A DNA stretch of 63,846 bases, the filler included, from Polymyxa betae A26-41 (taxonomy: Eukaryota > Protista > Endomyxa: Phytomyxea): the NCBI GenBank assembly GCA_003693705.1. It is 6 parts of 6 records of this genome, joined end to end, with 100 filler letters (N's around TTAATTAATTAA, not from the genome) between each part and the next. Parts side by side here need not be neighbours in the genome. Positions count along the whole stretch, not along the records: positions 61,570 to 63,846 come from RBZT01000851.1; 5 more parts are not named here. The stretch is one strand, 5' to 3'. The translations under genes and the position numbers were made by a program. Positions 61,570-63,846 of this stretch are shown here, in pieces (the stretch's first letter is position 1; each line of letters begins with the position of its first letter). Below the pieces are notes generated by a model. It made no database searches, had not been told where the DNA came from, and was given only the letters and a program-made list of their open reading frames with translations.

Positions 61570-63846
61570 AGAAAATGTAGAGAGTAGCGCATTTTCATGA
61601 CAGAAATCGCGCAACCATACAGCCTCAGCCCCCGCCAGAGACGAGGCTATGACTTCAGCTTCACAAGACGACGTCAGAGCAGTCGAAGTCTGTTTTTTGG
61701 TTTTGTATGATACAGGGCAACCATTTAGCAAGAAAACGTAGCCTGAAGTGGATCTTCTGGTATCTAAATCACCCGCCCAGTCTGAATCGGAAAACCCTTG
61801 CAGTTGGAACCCCGCTTTATCGGATGTACGAAACAGAAGTCCATAGTCAGGTGTTCCGCGTAAATATCAAAAAATCCGTTTCAAAGCAAAGTAATGTGCT
61901 GGGCCAGGATTTGCACATAGCGAGAGATTTCGCCGACAACATAAGCTATGTCCGGACGTGTGTGTAAAAGCCAGATAAGATGCCCAACAGCAGCACGGTA
62001 ATTAATGGTATGGGCAAGTACTTTAGCCAATTCTTTTTCTGCTTCGGTTTTTGCACACATATCTTTGGTCAGTTTAACGGATGAGTTGAAAGGTGTCGGT
62101 TGAGGGCGAGATTGATACATTTTGTATGCTTCGAGGATTTCTTTCGTATAGTTTCTTGTTCCAGAAATATAGATCCATCGACATGTTTATGAATTCCGAT
62201 TCCCAAGCACGACTGCAGTGACCCCAGGTCAGACATTTTAAATCTCCGTTTTAATGCTCGTTTCAGTTCATATACCATCTCTGGATGTCCAATGATAGGA
62301 AGATCATCCACGTAGACACCCAAAAACCGGTCACTGTCAGCGCGTTTAAAATACAAGCAAGTCGTGGCCTTGATTCGAGAGGATCCCTGATTTTCAACAA
62401 GAAACTGATAAATAGCCTTGAACCAATCATGAAGAGCCTGTTTCAATCCGTACAGAGATCGCTGTAGTTTGGCAAATTTGGATCCAGCATCGCTTCCTTC
62501 AGGTAAATTCATTTTAATATCCTCAGAAAGGTTAGCATTGAGAAAAGCGGTCTTTACATCCATCTGCTCCATGATGATTGTTGGATCTTGTAGGGATAAA
62601 GCTAGAATCAATCGCAATATATCCATCCTCAGAGCTGGTGCATACGTATTGCTGTAATCGATACCTGGGCGCTGGCGAAAACCTTGCACGACTAGTTTAG
62701 CTTTGAACCGAAAAGAAGTGCAGTCCTCATTTCGTTTCAATACCCATGTCGATCCTGCCGGTATGCCGGCTGTTTTGAGAATTTTCTTCTTAAAAATCCA
62801 TTTAGACCGAATGGCGCGCTGCCCGGAAGGCAAGTGGTCAATTTCACGCCACGTGTTGTGATCTGATAATGATTTGAGTCCTTCAGAAACTGCACGTAAC
62901 CAGTATTCCGAATCTGAACTCTGCTGTGCCTGACGAAAGGAATTAGGTTCATTTTGGTCAGCTAGGGTGAGGGCGTTAATCCAGTTATGGCTGACATAAT
63001 CACCATAGCGGACGGTTTCTTTACGACGTCTTGTACGATTATCGCGTTCATACCGATCAATCGAACTGTCGTCCGGATATAGGGTTTCGACAACATCCAT
63101 TAACGGGTCGCCAGAGGTATGGCCGTCATCTTCGGGAGAATAATCATTATCATTCTCGGTTTCAGGCTCCATTGGGTCAGCAAGAGCAGACTCCAAACCA
63201 CGATTTCCGAAAGATTGCTCATTAAACCTTACTGAGCGATGCACCGTGATTCTACCAGTGTCTGGATCGTACAAATTATATCCTTTTTGGTGATCAGCAT
63301 AACCCAGAAAACTGTATTTCTTCGCCCGTGCATCCAGTTTTGTTCGTTGGCTGAGGTCCACCAGTGCATAAGCATCGCATCCAAAAACTCGTAGGTATCG
63401 GATATCGGGCTTCGTTCCTTTTAAGACCTGATGGGGTGTTGTAGCAGCATCGTTTGGATGGGGACAAACGTTATATATATGCGAAGCAGTTAACATTGCA
63501 GGCCCCCAAAAATTTTTCGGCAGGCGCGCGTGATATAGCATTGATCTGGCAGAATCCATAAGAGTCAAATGTCCTCGCTCAGCAACTCCCTTTTGTTCAG
63601 AGGAATGGGCAATAGTTGATATCCATTCAATGCCATGAGAATGCAGGTAATCTTGGAATTGTTTACTGATGAATTCTCCAGCGTTATCTCCAAAAATTAT
63701 TTTGATATTTTTACCTGTAAAATTTTCTAGTCTGGTCTTGAGAATAATAATTTTTTCAAACGCCTCGTTTTTTGAGTGCAGCAAATAGGTGAATTTAACC
63801 TTACTCTTACGTTCACAGAACGTGATAAAATACCGCTCTCCATTTA
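61570..63846 (-). mobile_element. Ty1/Copia pol fragment (integrase-RT-RNase H), degenerate
   Basis: FGDNAGEF..QKGVAER; QMDVKTAFLNA; SLYGLKQA; GVYVDDL; TRPDIAYVVG; SYKTKKQTSTAL..SSCEAEVIA; frameshifts. Confidence 0.95.

Overview
Eukaryotic draft-genome DNA, not prokaryotic. Six contig pieces are joined by five artificial 100-bp linkers (N44-TTAATTAATTAA-N44), so adjacency across linkers is not biological. Short GT-AG introns, flagellar genes (LZTFL1, RIIa/ropporin-like) and secreted kinase/ankyrin-type genes suggest a flagellated parasitic protist, possibly a plasmodiophorid; this is inference only. Contig 18565-44714 is a gene-dense housekeeping block: Rap1, Sos7/Zwint, AIF-like Rieske flavoprotein, UTP10/HEATR1, F-box protein, RIIa protein, CNOT11, LZTFL1, FAM210, TARBP1/Trm3 and pyruvate kinase. 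The other contigs are gene-sparse. They hold signal-peptide genes (pseudokinase, F-box-like, LNR-TM protein), a TMX-like thioredoxin, a degenerate tRNA-Gly, a virus-type NUMOD4-HNH relic and nested transposon relics (Copia, PIF/Harbinger, hAT, pogo MITE, LINE). The most distinctive signal is two different Copia-type LTRs that share a primer-binding site complementary to the anticodon half of tRNA-Lys(CTT), one of them inserted 11 bp upstream of a tRNA gene. Gene models were spliced by eye and family calls rest on motif recognition, not database searches.
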